Assembly (NCBI GenBank): GCA_964252035.1
Contig: OZ176201.1
From: Podarcis erhardii
Lineage: Eukaryota
Length of the DNA stretch: 64,000 bases
Reading direction: 5' to 3' (one strand)
Both the position numbers and the translations under genes were made by a program. Shown piece by piece: positions 22,506 to 34,240 of the stretch (the first letter of the stretch is position 1; each line of letters opens with the position of its first letter). The notes under the pieces were generated by a model. That model was not told the DNA's origin. It searched no databases and saw only the letters and a program-made list of their open reading frames with translations.

Positions 22506-24961
22506 GCCATTGGAGAGTTATAGAACTCTCAGGGGAAAGAACAGGCAAAATAAGACACTAAAACTAACCTTAACCTCTCTGTTCCACAAGATAGCGGGCT
22601 TAGCCAATGCCTGCTCCTAGAGCAGATATTAGAAAAAGTGGGACCTGCAATGAAAAGTTGCAAAATAGCATGCTTCTGTTTAGTGTCCGGGTGGGTCTGC
22701 TTTAAATATATGGTGTGTATGCAGTTCAAGTCTCCTGTTATCTCCGTCCTGTGCTTGCACGGTGCCTTTTTGGCAATATAAGCAAAAGCAAAATACTAAA
22801 AGAAACTAGGGGTGTGTATGTGTGTGTGGTTATTGGATTCCATACTTCATTGATTCTTAAGGCTATAATCTTCTAGCCATTAATGCTATGCTAACTGCAA
22901 CAGGATTTCATTCTGAGTTAATATCCTTATGACCACTTTCTGTTACAGTACTTTTTACTTTGTTGCAAACGTTTTTCACTACCTTCCTGCTCAGAATGCC
23001 CAAGATTGATAACGAGTAACAAACGAAAACAATAAAAATGTTAAAAACACAGGAAGGGTAAAGCAATAAAAAGTAGCACTTTTTTTAAATAAAAAACCCC
23101 TTTCAAATAGCAGTAGAGACAAGTAGGCATTGGTGGTCCCTGACAGGTGACCTGATGCTTGACTGATATCACCAGTTGCAATTCATTGCATTAATGGAAA
23201 ACCTGATTAAACACATTGGAGCAGGAAGGAATAATTTGCAAAGCCACATTTTATTAATGAGACTTGGAAGTGTTTTGTTTCAAATGCAAGGCTTAAGAAG
23301 CACAACTGCCAGCTTCCTTCCACATATAGTCTTCTATAGGAGAATGCCCTTGGGTGTCAATAGGAAAAGCAGAATTATCCAGCAATAATTTGTACTGAAT
23401 ATTCTTTATGGCCTTTAAACTTCATTGAGTTTTAAAACTCATTCTGTTGTTTTTTTGTGCTGTTTTATAACTATGTGTAATTATATTTTGCACATCACCT
23501 TGGATCATGGAAAATGACCAATTAACAACCACAACAAGAATCCAGATGGGTATGTTTGCTTGTTTTGATTTGTAACAAAATCTGTTGTACGTGTTGAATG
23601 CTAGAGAAATAAAAATGTAATAAAATAAAAATAATGAAATAGCAGTAATGAGAGAGCACCAGAACAACTTGCTGATAGAACCAATAAAATATGCATGATT
23701 GCAGATTTGGGACTTTCTAGTAAAAGGAAGCAAGAACTGCCCATCTCTCAGATTTATTCTGAGTAAATACACCTCTGGGATGAGCTGCATGCCTTAGATC
23801 ATTGCTTGCCCTTCCTCAGAAGATTTTCAGAAACAGTAGCTGGCTGGCACCCTCTTTCCCAGCCATCCCCACAGTTCAGGGAACACCCACTCCTGCCTCA
23901 GTGACCCTGCTGTAATGCTGCTCTCACACATCTTGCCATGGCCTTTTCTCCCTTTCCCAGCTGAGGGTACAGCTTCCTCCTGGCCTATCATGCAGGTTAA
24001 TTCCCCCACCAACCCAGGAATGAGCCCTATGCTTCCCTACCGGACCCAACAGCTGACTGAAAGAAGGGAATAGGTAAAGCGAGTCGAAGGGGGCAGCTGT
24101 TGGGATAGAGGCCTCTCTTGTGGCTGGAGCCAGATTAATGCCCCTGCATGCATTCCACTTGCTTCTGTCTCCCAGCACTTGCAGATGGAAGTCCCAAACA
24201 GTGCCTCACTCTTCAGACCCTTGATCCACTGCCAGGCTGAAGCTGTTCTCCAAGCCAGCTGCAATCCTGCCCTCTCTCTCTCAGTCACTTTCTGAGCAGG
24301 CTCCAGGGCCTTGACTCCCTTGCCCAATCGCTCCCTGTCTCTCCTCTTATGCATCTGTTTGTGATGGAATTCCCAGGGAGGGGGGGAGTGAAATATTTTT
24401 GCCTTTGTGTAGGGAGGGGAGGCAAGCAAGCAGGAACAAGCGAAGCACTTTTTCTGAAGTCTCTAGGAATAGGCACGAGGCTTCCATTGGAGTCTTTTTT
24501 AAATAATAATAATAATAATAATACAATGCTAGGGGTTTTGTGCAGATTAAACCGGTCACACTATGAAAAAGTGGTCTCAATAGACCCTTACTGGTGGATT
24601 TTGATGCTTTTTAATCCTTCTTTTTTCTCTTAACAATCAATTAAATGTGATATAGAGGGCTAAGCATGTTGCAGGTATTAACACCTGCCCCTTGTGGGTG
24701 GTATCCATGGGTGTCCACAGCAATAATTTGGGGTGGGTGGGAGTGTCTATGACATGTAATTACAGTTTGCTGACTTGACTATTTGCAGTCTTTCTATAGT
24801 TGAATGCTACACACCTTTACCTGTTGCTGAAGAGATGCAACAAGAAATAATGGTGGACTGTACTAACAGCGATCAGTTAAATGTGATACAGGGAGCTGAG
24901 CATGTTGCAGAAATTAACTCCTTTCCATATACATCTGAAGGCAGCCCTGTACTGGAAAGTT

Positions 24962-25070
24962 TTTAATGTCTGATGTTTCACTGTGTTTTGTTATAGTCTG
25001 TTGGAAGCCACCCTGAGTGGCAGGGGCAACCCAATCAGTTGGATGGGGTACAAGTAATAAGTTATCATTT
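24962..25070 (+). mobile_element. L2 3' tail fragment
   Basis: ttggaagccaccctgagtggcaggggcaacccaatcag; same tail as 10440-10498. Confidence 0.55.
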
Positions 25071-27517
25071 CTTAATATAGCAGAGTAAGCTGCTAGAAAG
25101 ACATACAATTGCAGTTTGTCCATTGAACAATACTGTAGGGCTCTAAGCCAAATTTGAAAACCCTAAGGCTGAATTTCACCCCTTTTTCACAGAATCTGCC
25201 TGGGCTGTGGTGAACAGCAGATAGAAAGCCTGCAACCAGTAAGACTTTTTTCTGTTAAGGTTTGTCTGTCCATAAGATAAAGGAAAATGTAATGCAAAAT
25301 AGATCAATCTTTAAACAAAAAGTGGAGTCTTTGGATGTCTTGGGCAAAACACTCAATCAGACCTTTTATAAATTTATGCTGGGGAATAGATCAACATTTT
25401 CCTATGGACACTCAACAAACAGAAGCCAGACCATTGATCTTTACTCATTGTTGAACACAGTCATGTCTTCACCCTGTGTAGTCCAATAGTTCAGTAAGGC
25501 TCATGCTGCATATGTCACACCATGAGCAACCTAATGAGGACAGCCTGCTCCATGAGCTGCAGGAAGGCCCAGCTGACAAAGTGTCAAGGTGAGTTAAGCA
25601 GAGGTGTGGGTTCAGCAGCAGGGCAAAGAGGCCAGGGTGCACCACTCTTATGTGTCTCTGCTGAGATAAAGGACCAAGCATGGTCCCTTGCACCTCCACT
25701 GTAGTTAGATAGAACTGGGAACTCTTTACTATGAAACGTATTTTCTGTAATAAACCTTCTTATTTTCCATACCAAAAGTCTCAGTGTGATTTCTTCCAAG
25801 CATAAATGTTTTCCTCCATGGTCTTCCGGTGTTCATTTCAGACTTCTGCTGATCCAGATATTCTCCAGTGCTATCGCACTTGGCAGGGTGTGGGGCACTG
25901 TAGCATATCCAGACTAAGTAGGTGATGTCACCAAATTGCCTCTTTTATACCCCAGTCCTATGCAGGTTCGATGGGATTTCCTTTCATGTCACTGTGCATT
26001 GGATGGATTGTAGCCATGCAGTGCAATTAAATGCATTGTTACTCAGAGGTATGTCCCAAGGTTTTCAGTGGGGCTTCCTCACTTGTATGTTCAAGATCTC
26101 AGCTCTAATAGTAGTCCTATTCTTTCCACCCACCATATCAGTGTCATGCCCCAAACAAAACAGCCCTTTAGAACCTGTATTTCACCATCAAGGCACCCAG
26201 TTGGGGCCTTCCAGACGTTTCAGACAACAGCTCCTATCTTCCCTGGCCATTGACTAGGCTGGCATCAGGTTGGAGAAGGCTACACTATGGGCAACCTGTG
26301 GAGGTCAAGGCTAAGGTTGAAATAGCCCTAGAAATTAGAAAGCAAACTTAAAGAAGATGACTACTGGGATCTTTCCAAGCCTAGACTGTGATGTCTCTTC
26401 CTTTGTCGTCTGATGAAGCATCATCCACTCCAAGTGTCCTGGGATATTGCATCCACCAGAAACAGCATGGAACTCAGCTGGGAATATTCTTAGCATCGCT
26501 TGTCTTTCCCTAAAGGGCATGCCCTTCAGCCTGACCATCCACACTTTAATAGCAAAATAGGTGAGGGTGAGCAAACACTTCCTGCTCAGCACACATACAT
26601 CCCAGCCATTGGGATGTATTGGGCATTGCAAGCTTTTCTTACTACCTACAGTCACATGAGTGGTTTGACAGACTGTGTGGCTAGTTTTTCATACCTGGTA
26701 TACCCTGTATGCATTGAGACTACTGAGCATCAGCTGAACATGAGCTAGAATGTCCTACTCCCTTCCGTTTTCAGTCAGAACCAGAATAATGGATCAGCAA
26801 TGGTTGTTTTTAGATAAACTCAGTTGTACAGTTTTTATAAAATATTCTCCATATACAATGCCTGAATTGACAGATTTATAAAAAGTATGGGTCATATTCT
26901 CAGCAAAACACTTGAAACAATTTATGACAACAAGACAATATAAGTGTCAAGAGATAAAAACAACTACTTAACCTCTGGATTGAAATATGCATAATAAAAT
27001 AAGATAAAAACAATATACCCTACCAGAGAGGCACACTGCAACTTGAAATACTAAGAAGGGTTCTGACTTATTCTTATTATTAATAAGCTGCCCATCTTCA
27101 CTAAGTTTCCATTTATTAGGATTTTCATTCCTCCCTGTTTTCTCGTTTTCTCTTCCTCTGCTGACTAGCTTTAACATAGCACAAATTCTCCACCTGCAGC
27201 TGGTCCAGAGCGCACCTCAGACATATTCTCTGCACCAGCTGAAATGTACTTCGCTCTTCATAGCTTCCATTTCCCACTCAGGAAATACTTTGATGGAGCT
27301 GTGGCTGAATGCATAGCCCACATCTCAGGAGCAAGATTAACAGGGGTTCTATTGGACTTAATGGAAATGCGTGGATACACATTCCCACTATATTCAGTGA
27401 CATAAAGCTACATTGAACCCAGCATATTCCTCTGCCCCTTCTCTTCCCACCTCTTACCAAAGGAATGTGGAGTTGTGGGGCAGAATTGTGAGACATATAC
27501 CTTTGCTGGGGCAAATC

Positions 27518-27698
27518 CATAGGAACATAGGAAGCTGCAGTGTCAGACCCATGGGTTCATCTAGGTCAGAAATGCTGACATTCACAGGCAGAGTCTTAGT
27601 CAGGAGTCTTTCACATCCCTACCTGAAAGTACCAGGGACTAAACCAGGGAGCTGTTGTGTGCAGGCAACACACATGCTTTACCACAGAGCTAAAGCCC
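27518..27698 (-). mobile_element. Squam2-like SINE (decayed)
   Basis: cataggaacataggaagctgc tail and a tRNA-like head at 27650-27698. Confidence 0.55.
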
Positions 27699-28296
27699 AG
27701 CTATGGCCCACTGCTGGTCCACCAGGCCATTCCTTGCAAACCATGTAGGGATGTGTACAGAATCTAGCAGAGGATATGTTATCCTTCCTTGGGTTTGTGA
27801 GTTCAGTGGAATACATCTACCTTTGCAGCAAAAATAAGGAAGCTGTTGATCAGCCTTTCAATTTAAGTAATCCAGGATGCTTTACTGCAGACTGGATTTC
27901 CTGGCAATTTCCACTTTTCTCCCTTAAAACAATAAACATTCAAAACAGTCCTCTTAGAAGTAAAGATTGATTTACTCACTCGCGTTTCACAGTAGCAGTC
28001 TTGAGGCAGGCTTAAAAGGTAGTTACAGACATATATTGTAGTTTAGATTAACATGGAGTCTGGGCTTATATCCCTAGTCACTGATGAGACACTGAAGAGA
28101 AGAGATGAGAGAGACTGGATATCAGGAAGCAGAGAGAAAGCAGGCCTGACGTGACCAGCTTATATATACAGCCCTTTTACCTGGCTGGCTGGACACAATG
28201 GGAAGGGCTCTCACCGGTGGGATTTCCTGTAGACCCTGTGAGATCCAACTTCCTCTGTGTGTACCTTTCTAGCAAACAATAGTTGTTAGTTTAACT

Positions 28297-28650
28297 GCAC
28301 GGGTGGCGCTGTGGGTTAAATCACAGAGCCTAGGACTTGCCGATTAGAAGGTCGGCGGTTCGAACCCCGCAACAAGGTGAGCTCCCATTTCTCAGTCCCA
28401 GCTCCTGCCAACCTAGCAGTTTGAAAGCACGTCAAAGTGCAAGTAGATAAATAGGTATCTCTCCGGCGGGAAGGTAAACGGCGTTTCCGTGCGCTGCTCT
28501 GGTTTCTCCAGAAGCGGCTTAGTCACGCTGGCCACATGACCCGGAAGCTGTACGCTGGCTCCCTCGGCCAATAAAGCAAGATGAGCGCTGCAACCCCAGA
28601 GTTGGCCACGACTGGACCTAATGGTCAGGGGTCCCTTTACCTTTACCTTT
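28297..28650 (+). mobile_element. Sauria SINE (Squam1), near full length
   Basis: A-box-like ggtggcgctgtggg, B box GGTTCGAACCC 28357-28367 and (ACCTTT)n tail ending at 28650. Confidence 0.9.
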
Positions 28651-29063
28651 AAATATCCCACAAACCACTCCTACCAGCCCCTTGCTTGAAGCCTTTCATG
28701 TTATCAGGTGTGGTGTCAGGTGTTGCTCTCCTAGTTCTTATTTCACCTCTATATGAATTTTTTTGGGGGGCGGGTATCCACCTTCACAGCCCTGAAAGGG
28801 GCAGTGGGGGGTGGGAAATCAGAGGCCCTGGTGGGCACCAGGAGAATTCACCACGTGTCCCTGACCTCGTCGCCAAACCCCCAGTTCTGTGATTTAGGCA
28901 CGCCTGCTCATTACTCCCGAGCTGTATCCTCAACAAACAGGAACTTTAAAGGCCGCCTCGATGGCAGCGCCAGTCGACGGAAACAGCTCACGCCTTTCCC
29001 GCCGGTAAGCCATCAAGCGACGAGCCATTAAAGGTACAGGCAGACGCGCGTCAACATGCGGGA

Positions 29064-29174
29064 TATGGGCGTAACCAGGATTTATTTTAGGGGGCAGTTA
29101 TCTTCCACGCAATTGGTCAGTTAATTAAGTATTTTTATTTATTTGCGCCCAAGCTGTGGAATCACAACGCCCTA
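29064..29174. mobile_element. hAT-type MITE copy (same family as 43580-43700) with a decayed right end
   Basis: atgggcgtaaccaggatttatt...ttatcttccacgcaattggtcagttaattaagtatttttatttattt aligns to the 43580 copy. Confidence 0.7.
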
Positions 29175-30062
29175 CCTAGTGTTTTGCGATTTCAGCAATC
29201 AATCCCTCCGCCAGTCACCAAGAAAGCAGCCAAAATATCTCTTTTGCGTGCGGGACAAAAGGGAGGGAGATGAATTAGGCACACAGATGTTGAGAAATTT
29301 ATTCGTACTTGAAATCACACACAGTCCTACAACCATGGATATAAACTGATTCCAAGGGGGACACATTGGACTCAAGGGTTCCTGTGAGTTGCATTTTCGG
29401 TGTGTGTGTTTGTGTACCTTCCAGCCCCAAACTGCGCAGGGGAGAGGAGGCGTGGCCCTCTCTGAGCGATGGCCCTCGGCTGCTGGCCGCCCTCTCTCCT
29501 CGCTCTGCTCCTCCCTGGCTGCTTCTTGTCTCCATCCTTGTTTACTGATGGGTCCGATAGGGGACTCCGGAGAGGTCCCCTCCTTCCCCTAATGGCATTC
29601 TCCACCGCGGCACAATGCCCCTCTGCCCCCAGCCCCCAGGATGTTTTGACTGTGCCTCATTCCCCTGTTTGTTGTTCCTCGCTCCGATTAGGGACATCCG
29701 ATAAGGGGCTGAGTAGTCACAGCGCCAGGTCGCCAAACTCAGACCCACCAGCAGCACTTCTTCCTCCCCCTCCACAATCGCACTCTCCCTGCTGAAGACA
29801 GTCCTCGTTGCGAAGACAGGAAATCGTCCCGGGGGGCTTTGATAAGCGTGTGTGTGTGTGTGTTTAGGGGGAAGCGGGCTATGGTGCGCGCACAAAACTG
29901 GGTGGAAGGGGCTCTTGATCTTGAGCAGAGAGCTCCACGCGGGGTGCTGAGACCGCCTTCCAAGTTTTCTAGCGCTCTTTCGGTGAATTTGGAGTGGTCG
30001 TTCTTCCTGCCGAGGAGAAAACCGGGGGAGAGGCGTTTGGAAAGGCCGTTAGCCTTCTCAAC

Positions 30063-30204
30063 CAGGGATGGGGAGGCTATAGCTCGCCAGACATTACTCG
30101 TCTTAAATTCTCATTACCTCTGGCCATCGTTTGGCCACGCTAGTTGTACAGATGGGAGCTGAAGCTCAACCACATCTGGAAGGCCATAGGTTAGCCCAGC
30201 TCCC
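30063..30204. mobile_element. Palindromic hAT-derived short element (related decayed copies near 31610-31700 and 40340-40440)
   Basis: cagggatgggga left end and gatgggag.tg.ag..caac.acatctgga.ggcca.aggtt right half, shared among the copies. Confidence 0.5.
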
Positions 30205-30291
30205 TCCCAAACAGTTTGTGGCTTAAGCGCATTGAAGCAAGAGCCTCCTCAAATCCAGTGAGCTCAAATGTTGATGGGGCGCTGTTGTACT

Positions 30292-30478
30292 CATAGAATC
30301 ATAGAATTGTCGAGTTGGAAGGGACCTCGAGGGTCATCTAGCCCAGCCCGCTGCAATGCAGGAATCTCAACTAAAGCCTCCAAGACAGATGGCCACCCAA
30401 CTTCTACTTTAAAACCCCCAAGGAAGGAGAGAGTCCACCGCTTTCCGAGGAAAGGTCGAACAGCTCTTACTGTCAGAG
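30292..30478 (-). mobile_element. CR1 LINE 3' end fragment
   Basis: catagaatcatagaat tail, gagttggaagggacctcgagggtcatctag 3'UTR and remnant ORF2 end (ctgacagtaagagctgttcga). Confidence 0.8.
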
Positions 30479-31220
30479 AGTGGACGTGCTATTTAGGCTG
30501 CTGCAACATCAAGTGCACTTCAAAATCACTGATTCTCTCCTAATGGGACACTAAAAGGCAATTGCACTCAGATCCTAGTAAAACGAAACACATTAAGAAG
30601 CACCTGTGACAAGGGCGCTCTTTTCCGTGTAAAGAGAACATAGATCCGAAAGGAAGCTGCTCGGCGTTTTGCGCGCATAGAAAATGAAGTTGGCTGAGTG
30701 TGCCACAGGCCCTGGGAAAATATACCCGCTGCCCGCTAGAATAGTGGTATCCTCTGTTAGGATGGGATGGTGTCACCTGTCTGCATTTGGTGTGTCTCGG
30801 CAAGGAGCCTTTTTCTAACGCACAGCAGATTGTTCTGGCCCTTCCTACACACCTGGACCTGCTATTCCCCGCAGGCGCTCCTTGTACGCAGCAAGTCTAA
30901 CTGGACGTGCTTTCCGGTTTTCATTCGGATGGGGCTTCCTGGCCTAAGCAGCAAAGTGTAGGTGTGGAAATGGTCTGGGAATGCCAGGAAGCAGGACCTA
31001 AGGCTTGGCAAGAGGAAATGGTGTCCCTTGGATTTTCCGACTCTGCGAGTTCAACAGGGAGAAAATCGTCCCAGAGCTCCCAAGGGTGCTTGGGAGTTTC
31101 CCTGCTAGGCCTGACTGAACCAGGCGACTCCTCCCCACCCGCTGGCGTTGAAGTTCATCTTCCCATTTCCCAAACACGTCCACTCAGAAGCCCAGTTGGT
31201 CTGGATGCGATTTGGGTGGT

Positions 31221-31397
31221 CATAGGAGCCAACTCCTAGGGGCCGAGGTCCCTTTGCCCCTCCGATGAAATATTTGAGCCCCCCCCCCCAGTTGATGGGC
31301 ATTGCCATTCAAATGGTGTGCGTGTGCCGCATGATGTGATCGATCATACGGGGCGGTGCTTACCTGGCCTCCCCCAATATTTTATTCAAGTCACCCG
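31221..31397. mobile_element. hAT-type MITE (family of 54538-54733) with a decayed right end
   Basis: Begins cataggagccaactcctaggggccgaggtcc, identical to the 54538 copy. Confidence 0.75.
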
Positions 31398-31463
31398 CAT
31401 ACTGGACGGGGGCGTGGACGGTGGCGGAGAATCTAAGACCTTTCAGGTGTTGTTGGACTAGGC

Positions 31464-31599
31464 CAGTGGTTCCCAATTGGTGGGACCCCACGGGGTTTGT
31501 GGCACCATTCACACAACAAAACCACCACATTTTCAAAGTAGGGGGTCCGCGGCTTGGCTTTTGAAAAACAGGGGGTCCGTAGCTAATAGGGATCCACTG
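31464..31599. mobile_element. hAT (Charlie-like) MITE, 136 bp
   Basis: TIRs cagtggttccc / gggatccactg; 8-bp TSD gactaggc (31456-31463) / gactagac (31600-31607), 7/8 identical. Confidence 0.85.
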
Positions 31600-32007
31600 G
31601 ACTAGACTGCCTATCCACCTTAGCGATTGGCCGTGCTGACTGGGGGCGGGGCTGATGGGAGTTGGAGTTCGGCAACACCTGGAGGGATCCAGATTGAGCA
31701 TAGGATGCCTGGCTTCCAGGTGAACGCACGCAGGATGGGGCTGCGCATTCCAAATGACGGTGCTGAGAAGTAAAACCCCATTGAACTCGGCATAAAGCTA
31801 CTTCGTTCTTAGTGGAGACGTGTGGAGTAGGAGGTTGTAAATAATACTAGGATAATACTAAATAATACTAAGATTGGAATGGTAAGCATACTTACTAACC
31901 ACGAACGAGACTTACTTCTAAGTAAACGTGGTTATGGCTCTGAGTTTCGAATAAAGGATGAGATCCAACCAGAGTCGGAAAAATTAAGCTTCTATTTTTG
32001 TTTTTAC

Positions 32008-32013
32008 TTTATT
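32008..32013 (-). terminator. Candidate NKX2-5 polyadenylation signal AATAAA (alternative ATTAAA at 32511-32506)
   Basis: Plus-strand tttatt at 32008-32013, about 1.44 kb past the stop codon. It is the first canonical minus-strand hexamer I found in the 3' region. Confidence 0.5.
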
Positions 32014-32999
32014 TCACAGTAGACCACTTCGAAATCCAGATAAATAGGCAAATTACACGTAGAAAAAAAACAAGCTTGAAGTTGCAATCCTCGACACAGT
32101 TCCCTGGGAGTAAGTCCCATTGGATTCGATGGCATTTCTATTGTGTGTACTGTATACATGTATGAGCATGCATCGAATTGCCCTGTGAATCTCTCCCAAT
32201 TTTCAAAGTGCCTGGTTTTGGCTCGGTTGCGCCCGCCGCTCAATGGCACGGACTACTTTTAGATTTAAAAGGAAGTGCTTCGTTTTGACCGTGGCAAGAG
32301 AGAATCGCTAGCCCCGCGCGACCCCTATTAAGGGAAGTCATTAAATTCTCGGTTGCAGGAAAGAAAGCAAATACGACCCACAAACTCAAGCCACTCTCTT
32401 TAATGACAAGACACTCAGTTGTATCGGACTGTACAGCAAAAAAGGGGGGGATGGGGGAGACCACGTACATCAAACCAAGCGGCTGGACAAAGAACAGACA
32501 GTGCATTTAATACTATCAAAATCAATCACTTGTTTTAGTGCATAACAACTAAATGGGGATCTGGAACGAAAACAGCGTCTGACTTCCTTCATTCTGGTGG
32601 GGCCTCGGCTACAGTGCGAAAGAGTCTTCACTCCACCCCACCCCCTTGCCCAACACGCGCACGCACACACACATATTCCCACGCAAGGTCTGGAGAAGGA
32701 AAGGCCAGACGTGTCCAAGTTAAAAACAGAACAACATAACCCCAGCTACACCGGAACAACCCAGCAAGAAAAATCTTGTTTCAAAACCTGAGCTCGCAGC
32801 CAACTTGAGCAACCCCTGAAGATCCTGACATCGAGCTTTTAAATACCGTATAGGAAAAGGATTCTGGACGTGTTGAGAATAAAACGAAACAGACAAGAGC
32901 GCGCGAGTGGGAGTATGTCTATTAGTAAACAAGACCCGCCCCCCCTTGAAAACGCCAACTCCCCTTGGAAATTCATGTTCTAGTTGGATCCAAAAAGAG

Positions 33000-34100
33000 A
33001 GCCCAGTGGATTCACGCCCGTCTCTTAAATCCGCTGTACGGTTGCGATCTGCAGAGCAAGCTGCTCCCTGTAGTTTGAACCATAAAAAAGGCTAGCGCAG
33101 TGCGCGCAATCCTGGCCTGGAGCAGAAGTTGGCTGGCGGGGCAGTGGGGGGCAGAAAATGTGTCCAGCAGTGTAGACAAGATCTTCCTTGGGCGAATGAG
33201 CGAGTGCTGGGAGGCGCCTTGGGAGCTTCTGTGCGCCCACCTCGAAAGAACCCCAAACCTGGGGTGGGGGGATGCGCCCCCTGGCGCCCCCGGGTCCTTG
33301 AGCCCAGAGTGATCCCTGCTGACAGACCGCCTCTCTCCAGCAGGAGGTCCAGCCCGGCCGCTTTTAATGCCCGCTTTGGAGTCCGTCCAGGAAAAGTCTT
33401 CCCCCCAAGCACTCAGCCCCCGCCGCAAGGAGGGAGGGAGCCTTGGGAGGCCTACCAGGCCCGGATGCCGTGCAACGTGGAGAGGGCGCTGTTCCCTTGC
33501 GGGATGGGCGTCTGCACGGGGTTCAAGTCCCCCACGCTGAAGTTCATGAAGTTGCCGCCGGGCGCCGCGGGCTGCACGCCTTGCACGCCCGGGTAGCTGC
33601 AGCTGTAGCTGGCGCTGCAGGCGGCGCCGCTGTAGTTGCTGTAGGCCGGGTAGGAGTTGTAGCTGTAGGGGTTGAGGCTGACGTTGTAGGGGGAGCTGTA
33701 GGGCGACGAGTCCCCCAGGCAAGGCTTGCCGTCCCGGACCAGGACGGGCACGGCGATCCTCCGCGGAGGAGGGATGCCCACCATCTCCAAGCTCTGGTCC
33801 TGCCTCTGCCGTTTGCATTTGTACCGCCGGTTCTGGAACCAGATCTTGACCTGCGTGGAGGTGAGCTTCAGCACGTTGGCCAAGTGGTCTCTCTCCGGGG
33901 CAGAGAGGTATTTCTGCTGCTTGAAGCGACGCTCCAGCTCGTAGACTTGCGCCTGCGAGAAAAGCACGCGGGGTTTCCGCCGCTTCCTCTGCCGGGGTCG
34001 CTCCGGATCCTCGGCGTCCCGCTTCTCCTGCTCCAGGGATTTCTGGAGGGCGCACAGCTCTGCGGAGAATCAAGGAGAAAGAAGCCCAGAGGGGCAGTCA
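33000..34100. other. CpG island over NKX2-5 exon 2 and the proximal 3'UTR
   Basis: Dense CpG and high GC by inspection. Confidence 0.8.
33452..34059 (-). CDS. NKX2-5: NKX2-5 coding exon 2 (608 nt): homeodomain with NK2-class Tyr54 (WFQNRRYK), NK2-specific domain ([15 protein letters not shown]), Tyr-rich region, NFMNF box and GIRAW C-terminus
   Basis: Acceptor tttctccttgattctccgcAG at 34061-34060; phase 1 (G|AG = Glu). Spliced CDS is 900 nt = 299 aa + stop. Supplied ORF 33452-33967 covers the homeodomain onward. Confidence 0.98.
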
Positions 34101-34159
34101 GAGCCTGGCGCTTGCTTGTCATATATTGGACATTTCCAAGTCACTAGTCCTCTGGATTT

Positions 34160-34240
34160 GGTTGAGATTCCCGCATAGCAGGGAGTGAAACTAGATGACC
34201 CTCGGGGTCCTTTCTCAAGTTTACAATTCTATGATTCTAT
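34160..34240 (+). mobile_element. CR1 3' end fragment inside the NKX2-5 intron, about 100 bp from the 3' splice site
   Basis: gagattcc.gcat.gcaggg...actagatgaccctcggggtcc...attctatgattctat. Confidence 0.7.

Noticed and set aside
29722-29746. GTCGCC-N5-CAGAC resembling a BMP-response element
   Set aside because: The canonical composite is GRCGNC-N5-GTCT. Here the Smad4 half-site is inverted, so it is not a canonical BRE.
33012-34073. 353-aa same-strand alternative-frame ORF over NKX2-5 exon 2 and 3'UTR
   Set aside because: It starts at TTG in the intron. In this frame stop codons need T at the third position of NKX2-5 codons, which is rare in GC3-rich exons, so the openness is an expected shadow.
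33443-34147. 234-aa antisense ORF and other antisense ORFs over both NKX2-5 exons
   Set aside because: These are typical reverse-frame shadows of GC-rich coding sequence with no recognisable domain.
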